This document shows positions 35,659-48,483 of a stretch of DNA of 64,000 nucleotides, piece after piece. The notes below the pieces were generated by a model. The model saw only the letters and a program-made list of their open reading frames with translations, did not search any database and was not told the origin of the DNA. Position numbers and translations under genes: made by a program. Origin of the DNA: Rhodosorus marinus CCMP1338 (lineage: Eukaryota; Plantae; Rhodophyta); contig JAMWBK010000003.1 in NCBI GenBank assembly GCA_029953675.1, forward strand, positions 2,728,001-2,792,000. The letters run 5' to 3'. Each line of letters starts with the position of its first letter. Positions within the stretch are counted from its first letter, which is position 1.

Positions 35659-38600
35659 ATGGCGGAACAATCCGAAACAGATCTGCTGCAGAATGCTTCA
35701 AAGCTGCCAGTCGCGGAAAGGCTTGCACACAAGCACTGGAAAGTGCGAGAAGCTGCCTGTGTTCGGATGGCAGAGAGATTCAGTGAAGCTGCTGAGGAAG
35801 ACCAAGTTTTTACCGAAACGCTAGCGTTCATCCCAAAAATTGTTCGCGATTCAAACGCAGCTGTACAATTGGCGGGCCTTGGAACTGCAGGAAGATATGC
35901 CGAACTCGCTCCGGAAATTCTTGTTAGGCAAATTGCGCCTGCTTGCGGTAAAGCAATCGCCGAGAAGACGTTTACGGGTCGACCTATCAACAGGAAAAAG
36001 GGAGCCGAAACTGTTCTGTCCTTTGTCTATGGGGAGGCTGGTGAGCTGGTAGTTGATGGACTGATCGCAGTCGGATTTTCCAGCAAGAATCCGAAAATAA
36101 CAGCCGCCTGCGTTGGGGCCGTGAAAGACGCTGTAGAGAACTTTGGAGTGAAAAGTGTCGGTGTCCAATCGATTGTTAAATCCCTTCCTGCCCTTCTCGA
36201 GCACGGCAACGGTGACGTTCGCAACGCGGCAAAATCGCTCACATTGGAGCTGCAAAGATGGCTAGGAGATGCGATATTTGGATCCCTGAAAGGTGTACGG
36301 GAGGTCACCTTGAAAGAGCTCCAAACTTTGGCGGACGAAAACCCGAAGAAAGGCAAGCCGGTTGCGTTGAAGGTAACGAAGAGTCTCGAGCAGAGGACGG
36401 CGACAGAGTCAAATTTTGGAGCAGCTGATGAACCGGATGGAGAGCTAAACTTTGGCGAGGACAATGAGCCCGCAGTTGATTTGCGGGAGACGATCGTCCT
36501 CGCTGATCAGTTGAAGACGCTCAAAGTAACAATTGGAGACGAAAAACCGTTAGACTGGGTAACAGCAGTGGAACACTCCAAGTGGAACTACAGAAAAGCT
36601 GGGCTGCAAGCCATATGCTTGGTGCTTGAGAACAGAAGCATGGAAACGGCTGATGGACTCGAGTCCATTGTTCCCAAGTTGAGAAAGATATTGGCGAAGG
36701 ATGCAAACATACATGTCGTTGCCGGAGCTGCAATGGTATCAGCGAGCCTGGCGAAAGCACTCTGGAACAAATTTCCTGTGGCGGCCTGCAAGGTGTTGGT
36801 GTCCTCTCTTCTCGGAAAATTCAAGGAGAAAAACAGACTTGTAATCGAGGCAATTTCAGGAGCACTTGATGCATTGTTTGAGTACAAGTGCGTCTCGATC
36901 AAAGATATTCTGGAAGACCTAGCCGAAGCTCTCGAGGCTAAAACTCCAAAATCGAAGATTGAGACTCTCAAGTGGTTGAATCGATGTCTCCTTCTGCGGT
37001 GTTCAGCGGCTGTTGATATTCTGAAGGATCTCATTCTCATTCTCCTAAAGAGCTGCGAAGATCCCGCTGCAGAAGTGCGGGACTTAGCGATAATGAACCT
37101 CGCAGAGCTCGTCTTCAGATTTGGGGATAAGAAAACTCAACCGTACCTGGCGAAACTTGACAAGATCAGAACAGACAGAATCTTAGAGCTCGTGGGAGAG
37201 AAAAAATCATCCTCTCAGGGTGCGAAGGTTCAGAAAGGTAAGAGCTTTGGTTCTGTGTTATGATCTGTTACATTGATCTAAAAAGTTTTCCCTCGTCCCC
37301 ATCGTGAAACATAGAAGAAGCACCAGCGACCACAGACAACGCAAGACAGTTGACTGGAGAGGCCAATGGTACAGATGGCACAGCGGAAAAGCAGAGCCCA
37401 GCAGTGCCTGATTTCGTATCAATTCAGCGCTTCTCTGAGGACGAGCTGGCCGCGAAGATGATGCCTTTGTTCCCCGGCCTGGACATCTCACAGCTGAGTG
37501 CGAAGAGTTCGTCGGCTCGTAAGGTCACCATTGATGCGATAAGGGATGTTTCCGAGGCCAAAGAACAGCTATCAGTTGAGCAAGCGTCGATTATCCTTTC
37601 GGCCATTACGACTAGTCCAGGATTCAACGACAGTCAGTTCACGTGCCTGAATTCGAGGATCGAGGTGGCAAGTGTGGTTCTCAAACTCTGTGAGAGCAAG
37701 CCCGTGGCCGGAGAAGTGATCGAGGAGATAGTTGCAGGCATAGTCGTAAAGCTGGGAGATTTTAAGAGTGGTAAACTTGCACACTGTTCGCTGCTCGAAA
37801 TCTCAGATTATTCGTCACCCGAGCTTGTCTATAAAGGGTGCCTCAAAGTGGCAAGTACTTCAACAAACCCTCGAACGCTTGGGGGTATCTGTGACATGTC
37901 CAGCGCAATCGTCAGCAAGTACGGAGCTTTTATGAGTTTGGAGGATGCTCAGCTGATTGTGTCGAAGGGGGCCGACTCCGCTGCTCCCGCGTTGAGGGGA
38001 TCTGGGATGGGATTCGCGGCGGTTTACGATTACCAATCTCGAAACGACGAGGTCAAGAGCTCAATCCGTGAGGATGATAAACTTCTGAACGCGTATGAGA
38101 AAGCATTTGCAAAGTTGGACGGAGAGGTCATTGTGGTCAAGAAGGCGTTGTCGGTGGTTAATAGTGAAGTCAAACCTGTTGAGGAAACATCCTTGGGACA
38201 CAGCACCGATTCCCATAAACGAAATTCCATCGATGTTAACCAGATTGCAGCGAGAACACCCGATCGAGCTCGATCTGGATCCAATCGTCATACGCCAGGG
38301 TCGTCCGCTCGCAAGAAAGCACGTGCGCGAGTGAACGCACCTAAGACAAGTGTTGCGGATGAGAACTTGAGCCCTGATCGGTCATTAGGAAGTGAACGAC
38401 TGGATGCAGCTATTGAATCGCTTCAAGCGCAAGGAGTGGATGGAGACTGTAGAGCATCGGCGCTAGCGGAGATCGAGCAAGTAGTGAAAACAGAAAAACT
38501 GTCGGATGATGCCTGGTTTACTATTCTGGAAGTGGCTTCAGCGCGACTTGCGGACGCCCACCGCGAGGCGTCATCAACCGCCTTCCGTATTTTTGTAAAA

Positions 38601-40769
38601 TGCGTGCAAAGAGGAACAGTACCGGAAGAACACTTGCACCTTGTATTCCAGTGTATGGTGAAGAAACCCTTGCGTGAATTGGCCCTCAATTGCATCGAGC
38701 TGGTCTGGGAAAATGCTGGTGTTGCCGTGGTATTCCGGTAACGACATTCCGTAACGAAGTGGAGATGTCTTCAATGAAGAGGATTGTGTTGATTCTAGTG
38801 CTAACTCCTTCTCCTACGGTTCTACGTTCAGGTCAATCAGGCGGGCCTTAGTTGAAGAAAAAGCTGTCGTGAAGAAAGAGCTACTTGACTGGACATTGGC
38901 CTGGGCAAAGCAAACGCAGTCTCCTGAAGATCTCGAGCATGCTCAGGTCTTGATGCCAGTTGTCAAGGATCTCCTAAAGGATAAGAGCGCTGGACTGAGG
39001 CTTGGTGCCAGCAAAGTTATCGACGCGCTTACAGTTGAGGACGCTCAGCAGACCGCACGCAAGCCAGCTCTGACGCGAGACGTAAGGACTGGTAATCGCG
39101 CTGGTATGATGAGAAACAAGGCGAGCTCTGATCACGGCCGCGGTCAGGGTGCTCCTCACCAAGGTGAAAGCGGACTTGGCACAAGAACTGGCCTCCGAAA
39201 GCCGAAGAGTTTTTCCAAGACATGGAAGGGTCCCCCACAGAGCAAAACTGTTGAGAATCGACAGGAAGGCAACCCATCAGCGCTTCGAAGTGGGATCAAG
39301 AAAGATTCAGCTCCTGAAAAGGAGAAGAGCTCCGTATCGTTCGCGGCGGTACCGAGCGTGGGAAGCGTCGCCCGGGAATCTGCTGAGAAAAGGAAACCAT
39401 TCGCTCCTGTTCGTACAAGTGCTGCGCCTCCAAGAAACATCGATGGAGAAAAGGACGGAATCTCAAGCGTTTTTCTCGCGGCTCCAAGCGTCTCAAGCAT
39501 TGCTCGAGAGTCAACAAGCAGGAGACAAGAGATTAGTACAAGAGAGTCAACTGAGCTCTCGTCACGGACCGATCTTGCTGGCCACCGGTCTACTAATTCA
39601 CCTTCGAGAGGCAACGAAGGACTTGCGGCGCCAGTTGCCGGCGTTGGATTCTTCCAGCGCTTCGCCAACGACTCCAACCTCTCGACTGTAATACCACTCA
39701 GTGGTCTGGGTGGAGTGCAGAGGGGTCGCTATACATATGGTGACGTCATTAGCACGCTTACTAAAGAAGAATCTCTAAAGCGAGGAGACTTCGACGTCGA
39801 TCTTCTACAACAGATTCTGAGCGTCAATTCGTACACGAGCGAGCAGGCGAAGAGGGTTCTGCTCACAATGGTCGGCATCGTTGCTTCGGGCGATGACCTT
39901 ATTTCAGGGCAGTGCCGAATGCTGCTGGAGGTATTTGACCGACGGGCTGGTTTGGTCGGATCACTTGAGACACATGCTTCAGAAATCCTCTCGACACTGG
40001 TGTCAGAGCTTGCGAAATCAAACAGCGAGCATGGCGATGAAACGAGTCACTACAGGTCCTTGCTTGAGGTTGTTCTTTGCAAGGTGAGAGGAATCTCTAA
40101 TCACAGACACGCTTTCCGGTTGCAGCCGAACTGAAGTGTACTTATCTCGCACCTTTTGTTTGAACTATGCCAATCTAAACAAAACAGTTTGTGAACGAGT
40201 GCAAAGCAAATCAGCTGGTGGTGGCGGCTCTGAATCTGGTGGAGCAACACTTCCAAAAGTCGGAACTGGAGCAAATCAAGCTACTGGAAAGCTGCCTGAA
40301 GACAAAAATAGAAGGCAGGCCGACATTGGAAGCTCTAGATGTGTTTAAACATCTCACACAAATCATTCGAGCGGCGGAGCATGCTACGAATTCGAGCTTT
40401 GTACAGCCCACAGCACGCATTGTCGCGGGCTTGCTGCGTTTCTTGATCGAGGCGAACGGACGATCCACGCTTTTGCAGCACCTTGAAGAAGACGACGTGA
40501 AGCTGTTGGAGGTTATCGATGGGTTTAGTTGGAGATCCGGCTTGGAGACCCCGCAGGAAAGTTTAAGGTCACAAGAAAGCCTCCCAAGTGAGCCCTCTTC
40601 ACTAGAAAAGAACGCACTTCGATCTAGTCCTGAAGATGACTCGTCCATGGACAAGGAGAACACTGACATCGTCGCTCCGCAAGTACAAGCAAAGTCTGTG
40701 TTGGACCTGGGAGCGCTCAAGAATCGCTTCCGGAGCATCGTATCAATTCGAAACTCAAGCCTTCTATAG
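35659..40769 (+). CDS. MOR1: XMAP215/Dis1/MOR1 TOG-domain microtubule polymerase; about 4 exons
   Basis: TOG1 LPVAERLAHKHWKVRE; TOG2 VEHSKWNYRKAGL...LAKDANIHVV...KFKEK; further HEAT-like blocks, a basic Ser-rich linker and a C-terminal helical domain. Confidence 0.9.
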
Positions 40770-41613
40770 GAAAGATCGCCTCGCGCTTGGACGCGATCTA
40801 CGTAGCCGATCAGACTGAGTCTCGATATAATAACTTCTTCGTAGATAAAAAAACAGAAACGACTTGTAAAGAAATACCGCTTCGATTCCGCTGCTACAGT
40901 CTGCTTCTTTGAAGATCTTCACTCGCAACGTGTTCGTTGACTGGGAACGTGGATGTTAGACGAGGGCTTAAACCAATTCCCTCTCCATCGACTCCGATGT
41001 ACTCCACACCAAGAACACTCAGTCAGGCCATACTCTCGACTGCCAAAGATGATTCCTGCCAACCGTCTGCAAAGATCAATCGGCGGAGGTGGATCGCTAT
41101 GTTTCGCGGTACACGGCCCAGCGCTTTGAAGCGAATTGCTTAAGAGTCAATACTGAACCATACCACGTGAAACATACCTCTAAGACAGATACGTACAGCG
41201 AAGTCCTCAAATCCCCCAAGACTGTGCGATTCGTTGTCTCTGAAATGATGGTGGTCTTACTGTCAGCAATCAGGCTTCCCCACACCAATAGCTTTCGTTC
41301 TTGAGCAAATGCGGCAAACGCTGCTCATGGCATCAGAATGTATCCTTCTCCACCTCCTCTACTGGTCTCTTTCATCCTGGTTGGAGGTCGAGTCCTGTTG
41401 GATTGTATCGTTCACGAAGCATGTTCGATGGCAAAAGTTGTCTCATCCGCTATTGTCATCGGGTGAATTTTGTCGTGCTCGCCAATTCGCGAGATCATGA
41501 TCCAAAAGGACAAACGTCTGATCGTACATTAAGAGGCCAAAAGGAGGACGGTTTCAAAATACCTGTGAAGGTCTTTCGAGAATCCAAATGCGCAGCAAAG
41601 TTTCAAGGTTGAT

Positions 41614-43382
41614 ATGTCCTTCAACGTTGTACAGAAGGCTGCCAAGCTATCAACACGAAGATCAAGAGGAACTGGATTGGAGAGTTTGACTCATCTTGCC
41701 CGAATAGGATTTGGAGGTGGAAAGAACAGCGCACTGGCGAGGAGGTAGAGAAGGCAACCCGTCAGATGCCGTGAGGATAGTTCTTGCGAAGATAAAAACG
41801 TTTCAGTCCGAACGCCTGAGCTAAGAGCTACTTCAAGGCAAAGCGTTGTACTGAATCAACATAGGGTGTGAATTCGTGGGTTGAAATTGGATTGTCCAGG
41901 AAGGATTGGAGGTGAGAAGACATCTCAGGAGGAAAGCTGCTCCACAGTCCGATGCCCTGTTCTTGTTCAAGGATTGCAAGTCGAGGTTCTGTGATCCTGC
42001 TTGGACGAAATTGATCGCGTTCTGGACACAGGAGCTTTTGAGTGTCTCTGTGTCGAGTTTTCATATGAGCTTTTGGGGAATAGCTTTTAGATTGAGAATC
42101 GATGGAAGATGGAGAACAGATTGATCGTGATGACATTTCCAGTCAATTGGTAAAGATTTTCCGTGATGTTGGATGGGATGGAGGAGCTCGATGGAGTGTA
42201 CTGATCGACCGATTGAGTTCACTGCTACAGCAATGTGAGGATGAGGAGAATGAGGAGGTTCGAAGAGAGCTGAATGCTTGGATTGAGATTTGCTCAGCAC
42301 AGCAGGCGATTAGCGAGATGCGGATGATGGAGGCTATGGGTCTGATCGTTCGGACGAAGAAGGTGGTCGACGAGATGTTGGAAGGGACCGTTTCGTCCAA
42401 CCTCAAGGTCAATAGGATCAGAGCTCTTGGCGACCTTGTACGTGTCACGAGACAGAAAGCAGCGCTGTACTTCATGCCAGCACTAGTCTCCCACGCCACT
42501 GGGTTTTGTGGACGGCCCAACTGCCAGAGCTGTACTGCGGCTTTCGCGCTAGCCAATGCTCCCCCGAATACCGGAAAGATATCAATGCCGGTGTCGGACG
42601 AAACCGAACGAATCGCCGCAAAACACCTCATCGATGAGTTCGTTTCACGATGTGGACTTTTCGCCTTTGGTGTGGTTCTAAATCGAGAGTCCGTAAATCA
42701 AAACAGAAGAGGGTTCAATCCTCCGACGAGCTTGTTCAACTCAACTTCCTCCGAATCGCCAGGGGAATCCTCACAAGGTAGGCAACCGAGGTCCACTTTC
42801 TTCCAAGGAAAACGGCTTTCGCTTGCATGGATTGGTCTACACTCAAAACGATCTGAGCGATACGCCACGCGGTTCTTCAGGTTTATGTCTATGGCCAGCT
42901 CTGGTTGTACGGCCATCCAAAGCCGTCGAAAACGTCCGCAGAATGTGGCCGACGGTGGTCTCATTCTTGCAAATGGTAGAGCGGAACAGCTCCTCCACGT
43001 CGTATGCTAGATTCCCAGATCCACTTATTCAAAAGGTACTATACAGCACCCACCTGGAGAGCGGATTCTATGCGGTTGCGATTCTTGAGTCCAGCTCAAT
43101 CAGAAAAGGTACACATATTCCACCCAGAATGAAAGCATGTTTGCCTGTTCAGCGGCATCGGAGAGCACTTTGACAACACTCGTTCACGCGCTTTGGCTCT
43201 AAAACCAACGATCCCATTGACATCTTGCTCATGCCTCAGATTCAGAGGAACTGATTCCGGAGTACCTCAGGTCGATAAAATCTATAGCAACAGCTTCTGA
43301 AGAGCTGAACAAGCTAACTGAGCCTGCACAGAGCAGAGGTTGGCTCTCGCAGCTGCTTCCACGGTTTACTGCTGATGGCTGA
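41614..43382 (+). CDS. KICS2: KICSTOR subunit 2 (C12orf66/DUF2003) homologue; multi-exon, 5' exon structure uncertain
   Basis: Colinear matches to the recalled human sequence: AQQAISEMRMMEA~AQAQVSEWKFLPS; QKAALYFMPAL~AKFSFYFHEAL; MWPTVVSFL~HWPNVIMIM (after intron 42881-42941); FPDPLIQKVLYSTHLESGFYAVAILES~[27 protein letters not shown]. Confidence 0.75.
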
Positions 43383-44441
43383 AGTCGGCTTCAACACCCA
43401 TCGAATTTCAGAGTGCCTTTTGAGGGAAGGGGCGAGCAACAGGCTCACATGCCGTACATGCAGATGTTATGACTGTAGCAGCTGTCGAAGCAGAGGTCTT
43501 GAGGTCTGAACCGATCGAAAATGGCCCTGATGAACCGTTCCGAAGAGATCGGTCAACCTTCCGCGCAACACGGATGCCGTGGCTTTGACAAGGGCACTAA
43601 AGCGGGTTACAACCTGATTCAACGATGCCCTTGTGATGATGATCGATTGCCTTTCCGTGGTTGAGAAATCCTGCTTATCGCAAGTCGTGGGTTGCTTTGA
43701 ACTTGGTCTGTTCTCTAGAATATCACGGATGGCGTGCTCCTTCCCCCCCCCACCCACCTCTGGCTTTTTGTCGCCAAGACATGGATATACTCGCAGAGCG
43801 GCAAGTCAGCGTCGTCCTGGAATTTTCGAAGACGCTTTCAAAGCTGCCTCAAGTTGAGTCGTCGTGGACGATATCTGACCTGATGATGCGAGTAGGTTGT
43901 GGCATGCTTTTGACCCTAGTCACACTACTGACTCCTCGCAGCAGCCTCTGCTATCAGCGGCATGAGTAGACGGAATTGACGACGAGGAGCTTGCAGAATT
44001 CACGGTTTGGCACGACAAGCGAACAGGGTCGAAGAATTCTCCTGATTACTGTGCAAGGAATGAATCGCGTTCTGATCGTACTTATTGCGAGATCACCCCG
44101 CTGGAGTGGTTCTCACTGCTCCCAATGGATCATCCATAGCAGATCTTGAGTGATCGGAATCACTAGAAACAGGTTTATAATACATAGATGGTACAACAAG
44201 TGAAGGTTCCTCATCGAGGAGAATTTTTATCCTGCTAGCTGAATGTTGGCTTCCATCAGGTGCCTTTGTTCGTTGTCTTGTGCTCGGGGTCCCTGGTATG
44301 GCTAATAGAAATCTCGTCTGGAAAAGATTTCTTTGTCGTGGTGCCCTGGTGACATTGAAACCTGCGTGTCTCTGAACACCTGAAACAGATTCTATCCCAA
44401 GCTACTTCGTCTCGACAGAGCCAGCTTTGAAGCTGATCGGA

Positions 44442-44981
44442 CTAGTCCTTCTTGGTAGCTTCAGTTGGCGTGAAGTTATATGCCCCTGGTTGTTGCTTTG
44501 AAAACAAATATTGAGCTTGATTGACGTATGGTTCAATTTTTGGATAGTGGTGCCTCGCAGTCCCCTCCAGCCGCCTCAGCATCTCATCAACAGTACTCTC
44601 ATTCTCTGCAACCTTCGGGGCGATCATGTTGAATATTTTCGGGGTCAAAGTGGACTGCGGCCAAGCCATACTGATGAAGATAGATGTGAAGAATAGGTTG
44701 TAGCCGGGTATCCGAAAGAGCACGATGCTGAGAAGAAACTCCAGAACTAGCAACACGCTCACCACGGCCCAGTACTGAAGCCAAGCCTTCTGAGCTTGTG
44801 GATGTTTTGTTCGTATGGACTTGAACGTCATGTAGCCAGGAAACGCGTAGCATATTGGCATCCTAACCGTTGAGACAGGGGCAAGAACACGGGCACAGGT
44901 TGTTGAGGCAAACAGGAAACCAGTGAAGTGATCAAATAGTCCCGGAACGTACCGTAGCAGGGTGGAGATCGTACTGCCCAT
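44442..44981 (-). CDS. HVA22/REEP/Yop1 (TB2/DP1) ER-shaping protein
   Basis: ICYAFPGYMTFKSI...KAWLQYWAVVSV..VLE...IPGY. Contains a probable in-frame intron after codon 10. Confidence 0.9.
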   Translation of the reverse strand: MGSTISTLLRYVPGLFDHFTGFLFASTTCARVLAPVSTVRMPICYAFPGYMTFKSIRTKHPQAQKAWLQYWAVVSVLLVLEFLLSIVLFRIPGYNLFFTSIFISMAWPQSTLTPKIFNMIAPKVAENESTVDEMLRRLEGTARHHYPKIEPYVNQAQYLFSKQQPGAYNFTPTEATKKD

Positions 44982-46328
44982 CTTTCAGCTCCAAATAAAA
45001 TTCTCGCGAGGTGAATACTCAAGTTCTTCGACTTCTTCAAACAGATCTTCCCCGCTTCTATTCTTCGGATCGGAAGCACCACACATCAAAGAAGCCGGGG
45101 CTGATCCTCTTCAATTCCGCACCCAGAGCAGCACTGCCAAAACTCGACTGATCAAAAGTTTGGAAGGGGGACTTTAGGAGGGATAATGCCCATGATTACT
45201 GTTTAAATCAGCGATTTGAAACCGATCATATTAGTCCATACAGAATCATAAAAAACTCACCAGCCCCAACAACCGTCTGTCCCTCTTCACCAACCAAGTC
45301 AACCACTTTTTCACTTTAATTGTCATATGAAAATAGACCTGATATCGATCAATAACTGCCGTAATATTGAATAGAATAAATATTTAAGTATCTCTTTCAG
45401 GAACATGGACTGAGTCTTAGATGACAGTTATCATTGATTTTCATCGAAGAACTGAAGCGTGCATCTTATTCACATCTTAAGTGTCGTATATGAAATAGAC
45501 TGATAATCAATCCAAACACTTGAATACTACAGAATTGTTGGGAAATTCCAACATTGAAAAGCACAAAGATGCGTGTGAGCAAGAGGCATAAGAGCATTAA
45601 GCCTGTACGCTTCAGTTATGGGCTGGGTAGTATCTGAAGAAGATCTGCACATATAAAAGGACGTGATATGTCAACCAGAGCAAGGATGGGTCAGATATTC
45701 CAGCTCCTCTCCGCCCCACTTCGGATGCCGCGATAAAAATGAGGACGGCCCAGGACTTGGTTCGACCCGATGCTTTCGAATCTGTGTCAAAAGTGACGGC
45801 CGTTGTGGAACCCATCTCCATGAGCGGCGGAAAATTTGAGAGATTTTGCAAAAGGACAAGTTACCTGCTTGGAATATCAAAGCTGGAGAAGACCCATGCA
45901 CGCCAGCAGCGGCGACGACCGAAGCGAAATCTTGGACGACTCAGAACAGATGACGGGACTGAACCGTATTTTTGAAGGGTACCTTCTGGAATTTGCTGAG
46001 GTAAGTAACCGCCACTGATCGCTTTATTGATTACTCTGTTCCGGAGGCGCGTCTCTGCGCCCTTCCTAGAGCCCCACATTCTGAAATAACAGGGCATTTC
46101 ATCGTTCTTCTTTTGATTGATGTATAGTGACAGTAATGGATATCTATTGGATTGGGGATTGGCTAAGAAGAGGTATTGACCGTGGCGGGTGAACGGGATG
46201 ATTAGGCGCTGGGGTCCGGTGGATTGCCGTGTGGGAGGATGGAAACCTTTTCTAATCTGTTTACTGCGTGATGTTGCATATGTATGTATAGCCGGGATAT
46301 AGAGAGTAGAATTTACTGGAGAAATACG

Positions 46329-47327
46329 ATGGACGGGTCGGGTTTTGGGCTGGGCTTTGTTGGGTCGTGGGCTCCGGTGGGGGGTAGGAAGGGAAGGATT
46401 ATGATGGTCTCGAGTGAAGGACAGGTTTTGGGAGGGTCTGTTGCCCCCAGACAGAGGCGTGGACCCCCCGTGTCTGTTCCAGAACCTGATTATTCTAAAT
46501 ATGATGAAAACATCCTGAACTTGTTTCTGATGGCGAGGTTTCAACGGGCACTGGAGAGGGAGCTGGATATGGCAACGGAGGACGTTGGATTTGATCAGAT
46601 TGTTAGTCTGTCCCACAAAATTCGTAGTCAATATAATCATGATCCTTTGGTGGTATGTAAATCCTGGTACCCTGGGAGATCGTGTCGGAGATTGTGATTT
46701 TGAAGCTTCGCCCGCTTTGTTCTGAGCAGGTGCGACGACGAGTCGAGGCGGTTTTTGATGATGTATTTGGCGGAGTTCTTCCTGTGCTTTACAAAAGCAT
46801 CTTCGCTGAAAGAGTTCCGAGAATTTCGGAACAGTTGGCAGCGATTGCGACTTCCATCGGTTCCCAGTGGCTTATGGGACCCAACCATCTAACCACTCAA
46901 ATGAGAACTGTGGAGATCGAGCGCTGTAGGTACGTCAGCGTCTTTGCTCAGTTTCTCACTTGCAGTTGCTTCCTGCTTGTTCACGTGATTCTCTAGAGCT
47001 GTGCGGGAACTGATCCGAGCTTTCACGTGAGGCAGGTTTCTCGAGTCATCTGGATGTGTAAATGCGTGTGTGAACGGATGCAAAAAACCTACTGAGGCGT
47101 TCATGAGCAACGCAATGGGTGTTGACTTGTACATTGAGCCCAACTACGAGGATTTTTCTTGCAAGTTTCAATTCGGCCAGAAACCACCGGCGGAGTCCGA
47201 TGATCCGGCGTTTGGAGAGCCATGCTTCCTACAATGTCCCACTGCAACGAGAGCGATGAAATCTGATGGATTTCTGCTCGGATCGAAGTGCGAGAACACA
47301 CCTTTCTCGCCTACGGGCGACTTCTAA
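46329..47327 (+). CDS. D27-family beta-carotene isomerase-like protein (plastid-targeted); 3 exons
   Basis: QWLMGP, VEIERCR-FLESSGCVNACVNGCKKPT..F...MG....IEPNYEDFSCKFQFGQKPP...DP....PC. Confidence 0.9.
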
Positions 47328-47734
47328 CACGAAATTTTTATAACTTTGTATTCGAAGCGGAAAGGCTTCTGTGCCTTTTAGTTTGGAGTGCCCAACGTCA
47401 GACCCCTCGGAGCTGTTACCATATTAATCTGACAGCTCCGGGAAGACCTGTCTATAGCATTGATCATTTTAGCTCGTAGTAGTTTTAGGAACATAGGAAT
47501 CCCCAGTCAAAAAGTACAACTAAACAAAAAGAAACCAGTCGTTCTCCAATAGAGAACCCAGCCAAAAAAGAATGAAGCAAGCAACGCGATGACTCGATTT
47601 GCTATTGATAATAAGATTCACGTCGCACAACAAAAAAAAAGATTAATTAGCGACGATCGTATGCGTGCAAATAACATGAGCAACAAATACAAGCGCCTCC
47701 ATCCCCCACCCGCCTGTCCACTAAGGCTACCGCC

Positions 47735-48483
47735 TCACGGTTCTGTGTCAATTTTCCAGACAACTCCCTCGGGACATTCTGTGATCACAAACCCTTCTAT
47801 CTTATCGTATATAGATTCCAATGCATTGGCCCAATCCACGTGAACCGGATCGCCTGTAACGCCTTTCTGCTTCAGCGGTCGCAGCATTTCCATCAAAGGC
47901 TCCTTTTCCTAAAATCGAAGATAGACCATGGAAAGCCTGTTCGATCACTCTGTGTTCTATCCTCCTTCCTCAGATGGTGAAAGCTCCTTTTCTTGCTCAC
48001 CTTCTTCATAGTAGACAGCGGGTCACTCGACAATAGCCAAACAAAGGTCTTGACCACCCCTTCAAGAGATCTGAGATGATGCTCGAGAGTATCTTCAGGT
48101 AAAACTCCGACGGAAAATTCTGATACAACCTCCATACTCTCTGCCACAGAATTCAACATCTTTTGGCGGTCATCTCTCTCCGCTGGCATGACAGTAACAC
48201 TCGCGAGATTTAGAAACTCCTCAACCTTCTCTATAGTATTCGTAAACGCTTTCAGTGGGGCTTTCATTCGGTTTCCAAGGATGAGACCACATCGTTGCAA
48301 TTCTTTCAGCTCAACAGCGACAGCTTCTGATAACTTTTTTCCCGGTTCTTCACTCCACAAACAAGAAAAACAACAAGTCTACATCAGCGCTGATTCAGCA
48401 AAGCCAAAGCAGAGAGGACAAAGCAAAAAAATACGACACATCAAAAGGATCAATCTAAAAACTAACACTTTACCTTCTTCCAT
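47735..48483 (-). CDS. Stand-alone CAP N-terminal helical folded domain protein; 3 exons (first exon junction uncertain)
   Basis: HHLRSLEGVVKTFVWL...P and, after intron 48000-47909, GDPVHVDWANALESIYDKIEGFVITECPEGVVW*. This corresponds to the CAP_N pattern NHL.A..E...A.GW...D..HV.W...L..YV......GL.W. Confidence 0.75.

Noticed and set aside
40940-41590. Long reading frame broken by stops upstream of KICS2
   Set aside because: No recognisable family and no consistent splice sites; may be a pseudogene or TE debris.
43700-44170. Possible RT/RNase H relic (HPAGVVLTAPNGSSI)
   Set aside because: Too degenerate to assign without a profile search.
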